Part shown: positions 40,918 to 53,978 of the stretch, one piece after another
Position numbering within the stretch: position 1 is the stretch's first letter
Layout: every line of letters begins with the position of its first letter
Source of the DNA: Balanoglossus misakiensis
Taxonomy: Eukaryota; Animalia; Hemichordata
Direction: 5' to 3'
Assembly (NCBI GenBank): GCA_040954595.2
Contig: CM082576.2
Span: 16,725,028-16,789,027, forward strand
Length of the DNA stretch: 64,000 nt
Program-made: the position numbers and the translations under genes
Notes under the pieces: model-generated
The model's input: the letters and a program-made list of their open reading frames with translations, nothing else
Databases searched by the model: none
What the model was told of the DNA's origin: nothing

Positions 40918-41604
40918 GACTCAGGGTACTGGTTTTTGTTTATTTGAATTGGATATTGGAGACATCTGTTTGCAGTGTTATAATTTTAGTTAATGAAATG
41001 AAATGATTGTGAATGTGAGCTGTCATTGCTCAAAGTGGTAGCTACATTTTTCCATCACACTCAGTGTGAATGTTGAAATGATACTACTTTTTTACATTTG
41101 GAATAACTTTTTATGGTGTGTGCATTTGAGTGTACTTCAAGGCTGAACTACTTACACAGCATTTTTCATTTTTTCAAGAGACAGTTGGACTTATGTACAT
41201 TGTATTGGTTTTGCATTTGTACCATAAAGATTCAATGACTGTGGAAATTAAACAACCCCTATTTTTTAATAAGTTTTATTTTGTCTCTAGAATTTTTTTT
41301 CCATGGAAAACATAACTCTGGAAACTCAACTTCCCAACTTTTAAAAGACTTTTCATACACAGTCTCTCGTAGGAAACACAGAAATTTGGTGTGAAAAAAA
41401 TGTTCATATCCCACTACAAGCTATCTTATTCCTACCATGGTAATGTTTCATATCCATTGACCTAGTAGCAAACATGCAGGACCGTAAATAGTGAACAAAT
41501 TGAGTTTTTAGAGGTTACATTTTTGCCTGGTCAGGTCAGCAAATATTACAGTTATTTTGGTGCTAAACACACAAATACTTTAGTACTTGACACTGATTGG
41601 AATA

Positions 41605-41787
41605 CTGTAAAACACTTTATTTTTGCGAGTTGAAATTTTCGCGATATTGAGAAAGGCCTCTGTTTCTCGAGTATTAATAGTCACGTTCTCTTATTTCATT
41701 CACTGCATCGTTATCTTTAAAAAAAATTACGCGACTTTTTTATTTTCATGTTATTTTGGCTTATTTTGGCGAAAATTTATTGCTCAC
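41605..41787. mobile_element. MITE, copy of the 2490-2708 family
   Basis: TA|CTGTAAAACACTTTATT ... AATAAAGTGTTTTACAG|TA. Confidence 0.75.
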
Positions 41788-43080
41788 GAAAATAAAGTGT
41801 TTTACAGTATAACGAGGGGTACCGTATGATGGCCATAGCATAAGTCATTAACTAGCTGCTGAGGCAGAGTCTGACACTCGGTCAAAAAGTTATTACTTTC
41901 TCATGGCATTTATGGCCAATTTACTGTAAAATATGTTTAGTTTTTTTTAGCTGGCATGTTATTTTAGCTAGCTGAGGGGTCAATGGGTATTTATGCATGT
42001 TATGTAAGCAGATCAGTTGACTTTTCACAGTACATGTACACTGGAAGGCTTACACTAGGATTTTCGAGAAGAATTTGAGACAGGCCTGCATGGGATATCT
42101 GACTTAGTGGTAAGATCTCCAGTTATATACAGTTAAACCTGTGTTTAGTGGCCACCTCTTCTGTGACCTGGAAACTTGTCTAATATTATACTCTGTGGCC
42201 ACTTTGTTACAGTCGTGATATGTAGTGTGCAGTAATCATGTAACCGTTACCGTATATGATAACAGCCTGGGTTTAATTTAGGAGTCTGCTTACTGGCTGC
42301 TATAAGACAGGTTTGACTGCATGCAATAATACACCACATGTCCTCTGTAGAGCTAGGTGGCCAAAACATGTTTAGGGGAAACAACTCAAAAATTCTGGCA
42401 GATGTCTAATGTTGGTGGAGAAAACAAAAATCAAAACTACAAACAAATCTGCAGACCCATGTATCATAACTAATCCAAAAAAATAAACAGTACAGCAGAA
42501 ATATGATAACAGCTACCGGTAGGAGCAAAGTCCTAAATTTGAAATACTCATAAAAATTCTGTCTGTGATGATCCTGGAGAAAGCAGTGCAATCAAGATTG
42601 AATTCTGTATGCTTCCATGAAATGTAGATCATTGGGATAGTGTTTGACACAATTTCTGTATGGTGTTTTTGAAGGGACAAAGTCATATAATGACCCTTTG
42701 ACATTATTTTGTTTAGTTTCTTTTGACAGCGTGGACTGGACAGTGTGTTTTTGATCTGTTTTTCAATGATGGACAGGTTGTCACCACTCAACTCACACTG
42801 CATATTAACCTTATCGATCGATAGTTTAAACTGTTGGGAGAACGCTATCAGAAGAGTGAATTATGTACAGTAAAACCTGTAACCTGTCGTACCAAACACC
42901 TTTTTTTCACTCTTGTTCATAACAGAACTACATGATACAAGAACCTCTATAAACTGGACACCTCTGCCAACTAAATCAAATCTGTGTGGTTTACACAGGT
43001 CTTACTGCATATGCAGAGTGCACATGCACTCATTTGCATATTGATCTACGTCTTTCTTCAGAACATCAATCAAGTTGAAG

Positions 43081-43403
43081 ATGTTGAAGTGGGGACTCTT
43101 ATCCTGTTCAAACATCAGTAAAACCTTCATACCAGTTTTGAAGACATCTCCAAGGAGCAAGCTGGTTGCAATTGCAAGTAGAAGTCTTGAGAAAGCGCAG
43201 GTCGCTGCCAAAGAATGGGATATACCAAAAGCATATGGGAGTTATGAAGAACTGTTATCTGATGAAGATGTTAATGTGGTCTACATTTCACTACCAAATT
43301 CCATGCATGCAGAGTGGACCATCAAAGCAGCTGAAAAGGGTAAACATTGCATGGTGGAAAAACCTATCTGTACAAAGGTAGAATACCGTACATGACATTT
43401 TCT

Positions 43404-43436
<33 letters not shown>

Positions 43437-46400
43437 ACGTGATAGTGTGTTTGTACAGTACAGTATATGTCGTACATGAACGTGTACTTAGTGATGTATG
43501 ATGTGGGCTGGTGGGTGGTTAGATCAGTTGATGGCTGCATCATGGATTAAGTAGATTATATTTATTTTCAAAACTGTACAGTTTTCAATAAATAGCAATG
43601 TTTTACAAATACACTGAGCACAATAAACATGATAAATCGACAACATGACCTGGAATTTCACCAATATGCAGATGACAATCAATTATACCTGTCCTTCTCC
43701 CAAAATGATTCATCAACCGCTGTCAGTTCCATCGAGGCCGGTATCTGTGACATCAAGCACTGGATGACGGAAAACATGTTGCAACTCAACGACTCCAAAA
43801 CAGAAGTTATTCTCATCCGTTCAAAGTTTAACCATTCTCCAGTTCCTTTCGACAGTATCACCATTGGCTCCAGTAAAATACAACCAGTTAAATCTGCCCG
43901 CAACATTGGAGTTACCTTCGACAATACTCACATGTTTCACAAGCATATTCAAATAACCTGTCAGTCGATATATGCCAACTTACGTCGAATTGGATCCATC
44001 AGAAGATATCTCAGTAAGGAAACTTGTCTCACAGTAATACATGCCGTTTTGTCATCTAAACTGGATTACTGCAATGCATTGCTGTACGGACTTTCTGAAT
44101 CCAGTATTAATCTACTTCAAAAAGCACAAAATACAGCAGCCAGAATCATTACCCGCACGAGGAAATCAAACCACATATCACCAGTTCTTCATAGTCTCCA
44201 TTGGTTGCCAGTTCGACTCAGACTCGACTACAAAATTCTACTACTAACGTACAAGGCTCTCAACCGTCTTGCCCCAGTCTACATTCAGGATCTGATCAAG
44301 CCATATAAGCCTAGTCGTGCTCTGCGCTCCAGCTCAAGGAACCAGTTGTGTGTACCAAAGTACAGACTCAAAACATATGGTGGACGTGCCTTTTCCGTTG
44401 TCGCGCCACAACTTTGGAATTCTCTGCCATCTGACATTCAACAGGCTTCTAGTCTCAACATTTTCAAACAAAAACTCAAGACATTTCTATTTCTCAAAGC
44501 CTACGAACACTGATGTTATACTTTCAGCGCCTTTGGAAATAACATTGTTATTGATTCTGGCGCTTTATAAATGTTTGTTTTGATTGATTTTTGATTTGAT
44601 AAATCGCTTTGAATAATTTGACCAATTATTTATCTGGATAAACATCATAAAGTTCTTTTATATCTGGTACAGGTTTCTGATGTGGAAAAGTTACAAGAAG
44701 CAGCCAGAGACAATAATGTCAATATTGTTGAAGCTTACGTCCACCTACATCACCCACAATTCCAAGCAATTCAAGATAAAATCCAATCAGGTTAGTACCT
44801 CTAGTACAAGCGATATCAGTAGTGTATTTTCAAATTAACTTCAAGCATTGACAATGATTCTGCTACTGTTGTTAATCCTCCTATGATATCACCTTAGACA
44901 TTTCTCATCAACAAGACCTAATTTGATAATATGTAGAGCCTCATAACTTGCTCAACAAATAGCCTATTGTTTAGAAAGACTGGGGTGAGAGATACATTAT
45001 CTTTTTCTGTGGCTATGTTATTAATTAAGCAAAGGTTGTCGTGGGTTGGTGGATCAGTGATGGCCATGCACTCCTTAAGATTTGAAGCGTAAACGCTCAA
45101 AGAGAAGTTGAGCTGTTCAGCTGTTGAGGAATATGGCCAATGATTTGGAAACAATATTGGGGAGGGGGTTAAGGGGGCGGGGTGTCCTCGAATATTTTCT
45201 TTTCCATAAAAAATTTCTGATCTTTTTTTTTCCTTCATCAATCAAATCAAATCACCTTTGATGTAATATTTGCAGTTTGTATTGTTCATATTCAGGCAGC
45301 ATTGGTCGTGTGACACACATATCTGGTGGTTTTGATATGAACGTACAAGGGATGCCGGAATCTCTCGCATTGAAACCCAATTTAGACAGTGGTGCGCTTT
45401 GGAACCTCGGTTGTTATCCAGTCAGTTTCATGGTGGCGTTGCTGGAGTCTGCACCGTGCATAGTGATGGCTTTCAAACAAACAACTGACAGGTAAAATAT
45501 TCAAAGAAATCATTATTCTTAGCAACTTAATGTCCAGCAACCTGAAGCCATTGGTTTCACCAGAATATTTTGAAAAATAAAATAAGGCATGATTTGAGAT
45601 GAAAAACTGAGAAAGGGGGAATTTTGAAACCCTTACACTTAGTTAGATGGGTTGAAACATCCCATTTCCTATTTATTTTGTCGCTAAATTCATTCATATG
45701 ATATGTAAATATCGAGAGAGAAAAAGGGCCACATATGAGTAGTACCTCCATCGTAAGATTTTAACTCTTTCATATACATGTACGTACTATAGAGGGATGG
45801 ATACCACAGAAAACAATGGATTTGGACCAAACCAGGGTGGTGAAAGGGTTAAAATAAACTCACAAAATTAGAAGCCAAAGTTGCAGCTAAGGCCAAATAA
45901 AAGAATATGTGCTGTTCCGATTATCCGACCTACCCTAATTTTGGCTGCCTCTTAACATTTTTGAGCTTCATAAACTGGAATTCAAAATAACGACAGTAAA
46001 TATACAAAATTTATGAAAATTGCAAGAATCACGCAAGAACTATGACGTCATTCTTCTACACTACGGCGGCCAGAGAATTAAAAAATAAAACAATTTCCCT
46101 ACCTACCACCCTATTTTTGATATTGAACCATGTAATTGGAACAACACATATTATTTTTGGCCTAATACAACTTTTAAACACAGAACCTTCAACTTGTTAC
46201 AGGATTAATTCCTACTCCAATCATGTTATACCATTTTTTTCTTGAAGCGGTGTAGATGCGACCTTGCACAGCTTAATGCAATTTTCCAATGGAGTCCAGG
46301 CAAACATCTCATGCAGTTTTGTGTCATCGAACCACTGTTTTTTTGAGATTGCCGGAGACAAGGGAAGAATTCGATCTAACAAACGGCGATGTTTTCACCC

Positions 46401-46638
46401 TGATACAAGAGGCCAACAGAATTCGTTTGAATTGCAAACAACTGGGCAAGAAGCTGAGGAGATTACGGTGCAGAATGTGGATGCGTTCATGTCTGAAATT
46501 CAGGCATTTGAAGAGACTGTCCTTGACGGCAAAGAACCAGTCGTGTCACTTGATCTGAGTCGAAAGTGTGTGTCAACTCTTGTGGCCATACACAAATCAG
46601 CCAAGCAAAATGGAGCTCCTTGCAAAATACAGATATGA
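43081..46638 (+). CDS. Gfo/Idh/MocA family NAD(P)-dependent oxidoreductase (dihydrodiol / D-xylose dehydrogenase-like), 333 aa, 4 coding exons
   Basis: Exons 43081-43377, 44673-44790, 45296-45491 and 46248-46638 join in frame (1002 nt) via GT-AG sites. Motifs LKWGLLS, AIASRS, YGSYEELL, VYISLPNSMHAEW, GKHCMVEKP and GALWNLGCYP. Confidence 0.9.
43640..44596 (+). mobile_element. 5'-truncated L2/CR1-group LINE (3' part of RT ORF2, open to the stop at 44513) in an oxidoreductase intron
   Basis: YADDNQLY, LQLNDSKTE, SKLDYCN, HISPVLHSLHWLP and RAFSVVAPQLWNSLP; 3' stem AGCGCC..GGCGCT; (TTGA)n-like tail; 10-bp TSD TGATAAATCG (43630-43639 and 44597-44606). Confidence 0.92.
45891..46162. mobile_element. 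PIF/Harbinger-like MITE
   Basis: TAA|GGCCAAATAAAAGAATATGTG ... CACATATTATTTTTGGCC|TAA. Confidence 0.7.
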
Positions 46639-49600
46639 AAATGTTAGAAAACTTGGCCTCAGCTTCTGCATTTTAACACTACATTAAAGGTATACAGTCA
46701 CCTCCAATTTACATACGCCCATTTGGTCCAATTCCACTGTTTTCAATGGCAGTGTTGGACCTTTATACAGGGAAATAAAAAAAAATCAGGAAATGGGGTG
46801 AACGGGTTAAAGGTACACCAGATAATAAATTCCTGTTTCTTCTCATTGTTCAAAACGTTGGTCAAGTAAAATTTATATGTCAATAACATTCTGTCATTCC
46901 TTTATGACAGAGTACATGTAATTTGTGACTGCATATTTTTTCTTTTTGATTGTTCTGTTGTGAGACAGTTTTGGAAAAAGCTGAACATTCTAATATTCAT
47001 AAAGCTAATTTTGGAAGCATATGGTATTTGTGTATATGATGGAATGTGACAAGCTAGAAACACTGAATGTAATCATAATGGTGGCAACTTTCCGTATACA
47101 TAAGGCAAGAATTATAAACGAAAATAATAAATGGCGATTACTAATAGACGAGTTAACATGCATTCAAGAGATAAAAAATGATGGAAAAATTCAAGAGGGT
47201 CTAAGTCTTCTTTGAGATGTAAAATTACTATTTCACCACAAGTATATGTAATAGAAATATTAATAAGGAACAGAAACATTGTAAAGTTGGGTTTTGCCTT
47301 TTTCAGATGAATGTGTAAAAATGTATGTTGATTGAGTTGAATAAACAAACGTATTACTTTAAAGAAAAAATGTATTTTTGTGCAAGTTCCACAAGAGGGT
47401 ACTGTTGTGCTCAATTCTTTGGGGAAATTTAAGTTGTTTAGGGGAAAACTTGATTCTGCTTAAATAACTGGACACCTCTGCAAATCTAACAATTTTTTCC
47501 CGTCCCTTCATAGCAGTCCAGTTCAGCCAGGTTTGGCTGTACATGTATTTGTAAATATAGTACTAGTATGGCCTGATCATGTTGAAGTGTCCTCATCGAC
47601 CTAAGTGGTTCAACTCACGTGACCTTTAGATTTTAAATCTGACTGACCTAAGTTCAGAAAATCAGCTGTCGGTCGCTGTTGTGTACTTCGGAGCGGGTCG
47701 TATCTCTAGCCCCACCACCACTCCCCATCCAAAACAAAAATTGTCAAGGGGAGTAGTGGGGCTGCAAAACTAAATGACCTGTATGCAGGGCTAAAATGAC
47801 ACATCCTCAGTATACATGTAAAACATATACAAAGCCCACGTCATTTAAACTACATTTTCCATAGTATTTGATGCATACATTTGCTGTTCCATGAGCTGCC
47901 GGCAAATGGATACAAAAAGTTAAGCTTTAAATAATTTCGGATATGCTTTTTATTCTGTCCATTTAAATGATATTTCCTGATTGTGTATCAAGATAACACT
48001 TATGACAAAATGGCCCAAAAATCAAAGAAATATCACTGCAGTTGAACATTTCCGCAATGAAACAAAAGTGAAATATTGCAATGAAAAATGAAAACGTAAT
48101 TCTCATTGGAGTACATCTACTTCCATGAGTTCCAGTGGATGAGATCATGCTTTGTTTATGAAGTTTCCAAGTGGGAATTGGAACAGTTTCATTGAATTTT
48201 GCAATTTCCCTAGTATATTCTTCAGTACATACATCTTTAATGTGATATGATTTTGTTTAGCTGAATGTTTCCAACCTTGAATCTTTGCCATATGTCACTG
48301 TGTGTAAAACAGTGACGTTTAAGAATCACAGTATTATTTTTAAAATGAACAGCAGTATAGCTACCTATCATTTATAATATCCCCCCAAAGTATGATCTGA
48401 ATTTTTTAGATGCATGCATGTGTTGAAAGAAAGCTTTTAAAGATGTGCAATCAGTATGATTGCAAGATGTTACAATTGGTTCCATTCCAAATGTTGGAAA
48501 TTTTCTGCAGCAACAAGACAACAGTTGGTGTAAATGACCCTGGTGTGTCGTGCTAGAATCTGATTTCATTAGAAAATTCAGAAACCATTCTCTGTATTGT
48601 CACATGAAAAAATGTTCTCTTGGTGACTGCCATTTTGGCTGAATGTGCGTTCATGTACTGTTGGGAAAAAGAATACAATGTAGATTTGAGAGGAATCTCT
48701 CATTCAAAAGTTGGCATAAATATCCCTGTTCTTTAGCTACTCTTCATACATCAAGAAGAGTAGAATTTTGTTTCCAAAGTTTTATTTATATAATCGTTTT
48801 ATATTAATTTCTCACAGCATTAAGCAACTAACTTACAATTATTCTTATTTATACAAAGATCTTTTGAAAAGAAAACTTGTCATAGGTATATACCTCCCAA
48901 TGTGATATAAATAGAAATGCTCCACTGAATTCTCCGGTTTTAAGGTAACTAAGTGAGTGATGAAAATTTCATATGGTCGACACAATTTCAAGATGGCCAA
49001 TTTTTGCCATGTTTAAGAAATGGGAGTTCATAAGCTGAAGTGATGATGGGTCATTCTGAAACTTTGTAACAGAAAAAATAACAGAATGTGAAAAAAGTTT
49101 AATGAGTTTAATATGCTAACTACAAAGACAGACATGTTTGACCAAAGGAAATCATGAAATACAGTAAACATATCATTTCTTCTATCTCTTACACTATAAG
49201 TTTTTGCCCAAAAAGGCCATTTTAAGAAAAAAATAAAAACAAACTGTTTTCTTCGTATTTGGAGATTTGATGAAGTTCGAAAAGTCTATTTTATGTAAAA
49301 TAAGTGTTGTTGACTTTTCATACATCATCAAATCTCGAAATTTGAAGAAAACAGATTTTTCTAAAAATGACATTTTTGGGAAAAAAGTGTCAAAATGGCA
49401 ATTTTGTCTTGAAAGGGGTCAATAAGACTGACTTTTTTGGAATCAGCACCATTTAACATAGAATGGACTAGTCTTCTCAAACTTTCTTTACTAAAAATTA
49501 AAAATTCTGTTTAATCTTCTGTATTATGAATATACATGTAACTGCCTGAGAGTTATAAATTTGCCCTGTGTGTGTAATTGTTGAGTGACATAACGCATTC

Positions 49601-49969
49601 TGTGATTGGTCCGGTCACGTAACCACCAATCAAATCGCTTGTTATGAAGAGAACTGCGCGACCATTAACGTCACTATTAGCATACTTGATTTTTAGGGCT
49701 CGATAAAGGTTGGCTCGATATTACCTCTGTGGACGCAATATTTAAGTTGAAGTTTTTTTCTTTTATCATATTAGAGCAGGAAGACTTGTTTTTTTATGAA
49801 AAGGAAATACATGTAGACCCCAATATACAGAGTGCACATGAACTCTGTAGATCGACGGATTGTTCTAAATAATCCATGGTTGCTTCCAAACACTGTCTCC
49901 TTACTTGCATATTCCGTTGTGATGTGTAGAACACATTTGGCTTGAGCGCATAAGAAAGTTTTCCGCAAA

Positions 49970-50896
49970 GGGACCGTTCAGTTTTTACGGCTGGGGGGGG
50001 GGGGCGGCAAGTTTAAGTCATCGGTTTTCAAAATCAGGCTGACCCCCCTTCAGTCAGCACCAAAAATGATGACCCCTCCCTTTGACAGACCCAAAAATAT
50101 GATGACCCCCCCCCCCCACGCCGAAAACATTCGCCGTCCTGATCCTATGTACACTGTATCCAATAAAGGGAATGAGGCTCCTCACACCTCAATTATAAAT
50201 TTCTTAAAGTAATTGACGTATATAATAGTATATCGTTGCAATAAAGAAATCTATGAACAAGATAAAATGATAAGTCAATAGAATAGTTGCTAGAATTGGT
50301 AAAACAAGAAAAGTGGCGGGGGTGGCGGGTGAAAATTTTGTAAAATACGTAGCTCAAAGTTACATTTTTATGAACTCAAAAGCAAATTATCTCGATGTTT
50401 CGGAGGACCAATTTTACTTTTTGCCACTCCACTCAAAGTTAGAAGATTTGGCGTCATCTTCGTCATGACATCATTTATAAAACTTCTAGTATATAGAAGA
50501 TGCAGCGCGAAAGTATCAGTTTTGCGAAATGGTTTAAACTATTATTCTCCTTTATGTATTTACTTTGTTAACTATTATCATCAGTGGGTTTGGGGTGGCA
50601 AGCACTCTGCCCTGGTACACTAGACAAACCAGCGAAAAACGAAATGTGATGGAGAATGAATGGGGTGGGTGTGGGAGGGGGTGTCCCCCTCCCACATGAG
50701 AAAATTTTGTAAAATAACGCGAAACTGCAATTTTGTGGACTCAAAAGTAAAAGTTCGGTGGCAAAAGTATGTGACCCCCCCTAAACGTTAAAAAAAAACA
50801 GATGACCCCCCCTTTTGGACTTCAAAATTTAAGTGACCCCCCCCCCCTTGGATTTTGCCGCCCACCCCCCCCCGGTCGTAAAACCTGAACGGTCCC
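49970..50896. mobile_element. PIF/Harbinger-like MITE inserted in the tandem repeat
   Basis: TIR GGGACCGTTCAG(T/G)TTTTACG with G/C-rich subterminal tracts; target TAA within TTCCGC-TAA-ACTCTG. Confidence 0.8.
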
Positions 50897-52346
50897 TAAA
50901 CTCTGTAGATCGACAGATTGTTCTAAATAATCCATGGTTGCTTCCAAACACCGTCTCCTTAATATTTTCATATTCCGTTGTGATGCGTAGAACACACAGG
51001 CCTGAACGCATAAAAAAGTTTTCCGCTAGACTCTGAATCTCGACAGATTGTTCCAAAATATCCATGGTTGTTTCCAAACACCGTCTCCTTATTTGAATAT
51101 TCCGTTGTGATGCGTAGAACACACAGGCGTAGGCGCATAAAAAAGTTTTCCGCTAGACTCTGAATCTCGAAAGATTGTTCCAAAATATCCATGGTTGCTT
51201 CCAAACACCGTCTCCTTATTTGCATATTCTGTTGTGATGCGTAAAACACACACGCCTAAGCGAAAAAGAAAGTTTACTGCTAGACTCTGTAGATCGACAG
51301 ATTGTTCTAAATTATCTATGGTGGCTTCCAAACACCGTCTTCTTATTTGCATATTCCGTTGTGATGCGTAGAACACACAGGCCTAGACGCATGAAAAAGT
51401 TTTCCGCTAAACTCTGTAGATCGACGGAATTGTTCTAAATTATCCACGATTGCTTCCAAACACCGTCTCCTTATTATTTGCATATTCCGTTGTGGTGCGT
51501 AGAACAAAAAATAGCGTGGACGCCAAAATCAAAATTAAATATTTCACAAAAGCACTGGTGAATTTTTTTTCTTATTGACCCGGTAGCAAGCTTGACTCGT
51601 ACTTTCTTATTTTCAGTTGACGGGATATCCCCAAACAGCGTATTTGACCCCAAAATTTACATTTGAAAAGAAAAGGTCGAGATTTTCTTAACAAAGGGCG
51701 GGGAAATGGGTGAGAGGCGCGGCTTTCCGGGCGCGTCATTGGTCAGATCGCGTTCTACATATTAATGATATGTTAATTTTTATGCTAATAAGCAACTCCT
51801 AATATGGGTCATCGATGCGACTGTCTATGGTTGCTTCCAAACACCGTCTCCTTATTTGCATATTCCGTTGTGATGCGTAGAACACACATGCGTAGGCGCA
51901 TAAAAAAGTTTTCCGGTATTCTGTAGATCGACGGATTGTTCCAAAATATCCATGGTTGCTTCCAAACACTGTCTCCTTTATTTGCATATTCCGTTGTGAT
52001 GCGTAGAACACACAGGCCTAAGCGAAAAAGAAAGTTTTCCGCTAGACTCTGTAGATCGACGGATTGTTCCAAAATATCCATGGTTGCTTCCAAACACCGT
52101 CTCCTTTATTTGCATATTCCGTTGTGATGCGTAGAACACACAGGCGTAGGCGCATAAACAAGTTTTCCGGTAGATTATGTAGATCGACGGATTGTTCCAA
52201 AATATCCATGGTTGCTTCCAAACACCGTCTCCTTTATTTGCATATTCCGTTGTGATGCGCAGAACACACAGGCCTAAGCGAAAAAGAAAGTTTTCCGCTA
52301 GACTCTGTAGATCGACGGATTGTTCCAAAATATCCATGGTTGCTTC

Positions 52347-53886
52347 TGTAGCCACTTTCGTTCCGGCTAACGTTGGAATGAGCATGAAAACATAAAATAT
52401 TTCTACGGGCAGTCAGTCTGGGGTTCGGTGATTGACAATTTTCCTGTACATATGAATTATAGGTGGGTGGGGAGTAGAAAGCAGAAAAGACAATACACTA
52501 TAGGATTTTCTTCTTATGAAGATATATTACGTCATTAAATCTATCCAAATAAAGTTGTCAAAAAATATGAAAGACAAACACAATTGCTAATTAATGGTCC
52601 ACGTTCAGTTCTGCTGATGTCATTAAATCTATCCAAATAAAGTCGTCACAAAATATGAAAGACAACCACAATTGACAATTAACGGTCAACGTTCAGTTCT
52701 GCTGACGTCCTTAAATCTATCCAAATAAAGTCGTCACAAAATATGAAAGACAAACACAATTGACAATTAACGGTCAACGTTCAGTTCTGCTGACGTCCTT
52801 AAATCTATCCAAATAAAGTTGTCAAAAAATATGAAAGACAAACACAATTGACAATTACGTTCCGTTCTGTTGGCAGTTCGAATTCACGAAGCACTCACAA
52901 AAAAAATTTCGTATTCCGAATGTCCGAAGTCACACAGCGCTCACCAAATTCCATTCCGCTCAGCTGGCAAGGTCTGAATTCGGGAAGCACTCACCAAATT
53001 CCGTTCAGCTCCGCTGGCAATGTCCGAAGTCGGGAAGCACTCACAGAAATTCCGTTCAGTTCCGCTGGCAATGTCCGAATTCAGAAAGCACTCACACAAT
53101 TCAGTTCAGCTCCGCTGGCAATGTCCGAAGTCGGGAAGCATTCACAGAAATTCCGTTCAGTTCCGCTGGCAATGTCCGAATTCAGAAAGCACTCACACAA
53201 TTCAGTTCAGCTCCGCTGGCAATGTCCGAAGTCGGGAAGCACTCACAGAAATTCCGTTCAGTTCCGCTGGCAATGTCCGAATTCAGAAAGCACTCACACA
53301 ATTCAGTTCAGCTCCGCTGGCAATGTTCGAAGTCGGGAAGCACTCACAGAAATTCCGTTCAGTTCCGCTGGCAATGTCCGAATTCAGAAAGCACTCACAC
53401 AATTCAGTTCAGCTCCGCTGGCAATGTCCGAAGTCGGGAAGCACTCACAGAAATTCCGTTCAGTTCCGCTGGCAATGTCCGAATTCAGAAAGCACTCACA
53501 CAATTCAGTTCAGCTCCGCTGGCAATGTCCGAAGTCGGGAAGCACTCACAGAAATTCCGTTCAGTTCCGCTGGCAATGTCCGAATTCAGAAAGCACTCAC
53601 ACAATTCAGTTCAGCTCCGCTGGCAATGTCCGAAGTCGGGAAGCATTCACAGAAATTCCGTTCAGTTCCGCTGGCAATGTCCGAATTCAGAAAGCACTCA
53701 CACAATTCAGTTCAGCTCCGCTGGCCCCAGGAAGACTTCCCCCCGACCCTTCACACCAGACTTAAATACTGTGGTGCGGATGAATACGGCAGTTCTATTG
53801 GCGCAAAGAGTGTACCCAGGTGTACCAGGCGTGTCATTAATTAGCGCCCCCCACGTCCGGATGGGCCAAAATATCATTATGTTACA
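52347..53886 (-). repeat. 3' LTR, with an 88-bp x ~4 array (52531-52875) and a 101-bp x 7 array (~53019-53725)
   Basis: Matches 60187-61726 with one visible substitution (53327 T vs 61167 C). Confidence 0.95.
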
Positions 53887-53897
53887 TACTCCCCCCG
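53887..53897 (-). other. Polypurine tract
   Basis: Minus-strand CGGGGGGAGTA directly abuts the 3' LTR. Confidence 0.8.
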
Positions 53898-53978
53898 TTT
53901 ATCAAAAGGTCGTCCCGACCTTTGCGGTCAAACTGGCATCATATCCGTACTGTCTGCGGGTAGAACATCTATTTGTTG

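Noticed and set aside
47590-47775. CpG-rich patch as a promoter
   Set aside because: It ends in a TAGCCCC..GGGGCTG..CTA inverted repeat like an Academ-type fragment, and no adjacent first exon was found.
50829-52395. Cluster of similar short ORFs (MFYASQRN...)
   Set aside because: Translations of the 127-128 bp tandem repeat.
53019-53725. CRISPR-like regular repeats
   Set aside because: The intervening sequences are themselves repeated (no unique spacers), there are no cas genes, and the context is a eukaryotic LTR.
52848-53844. Long plus-strand repetitive ORFs (also 60688-61901) as host genes
   Set aside because: They come from the 101-bp LTR array, have no recognisable domain and are duplicated with the LTR.
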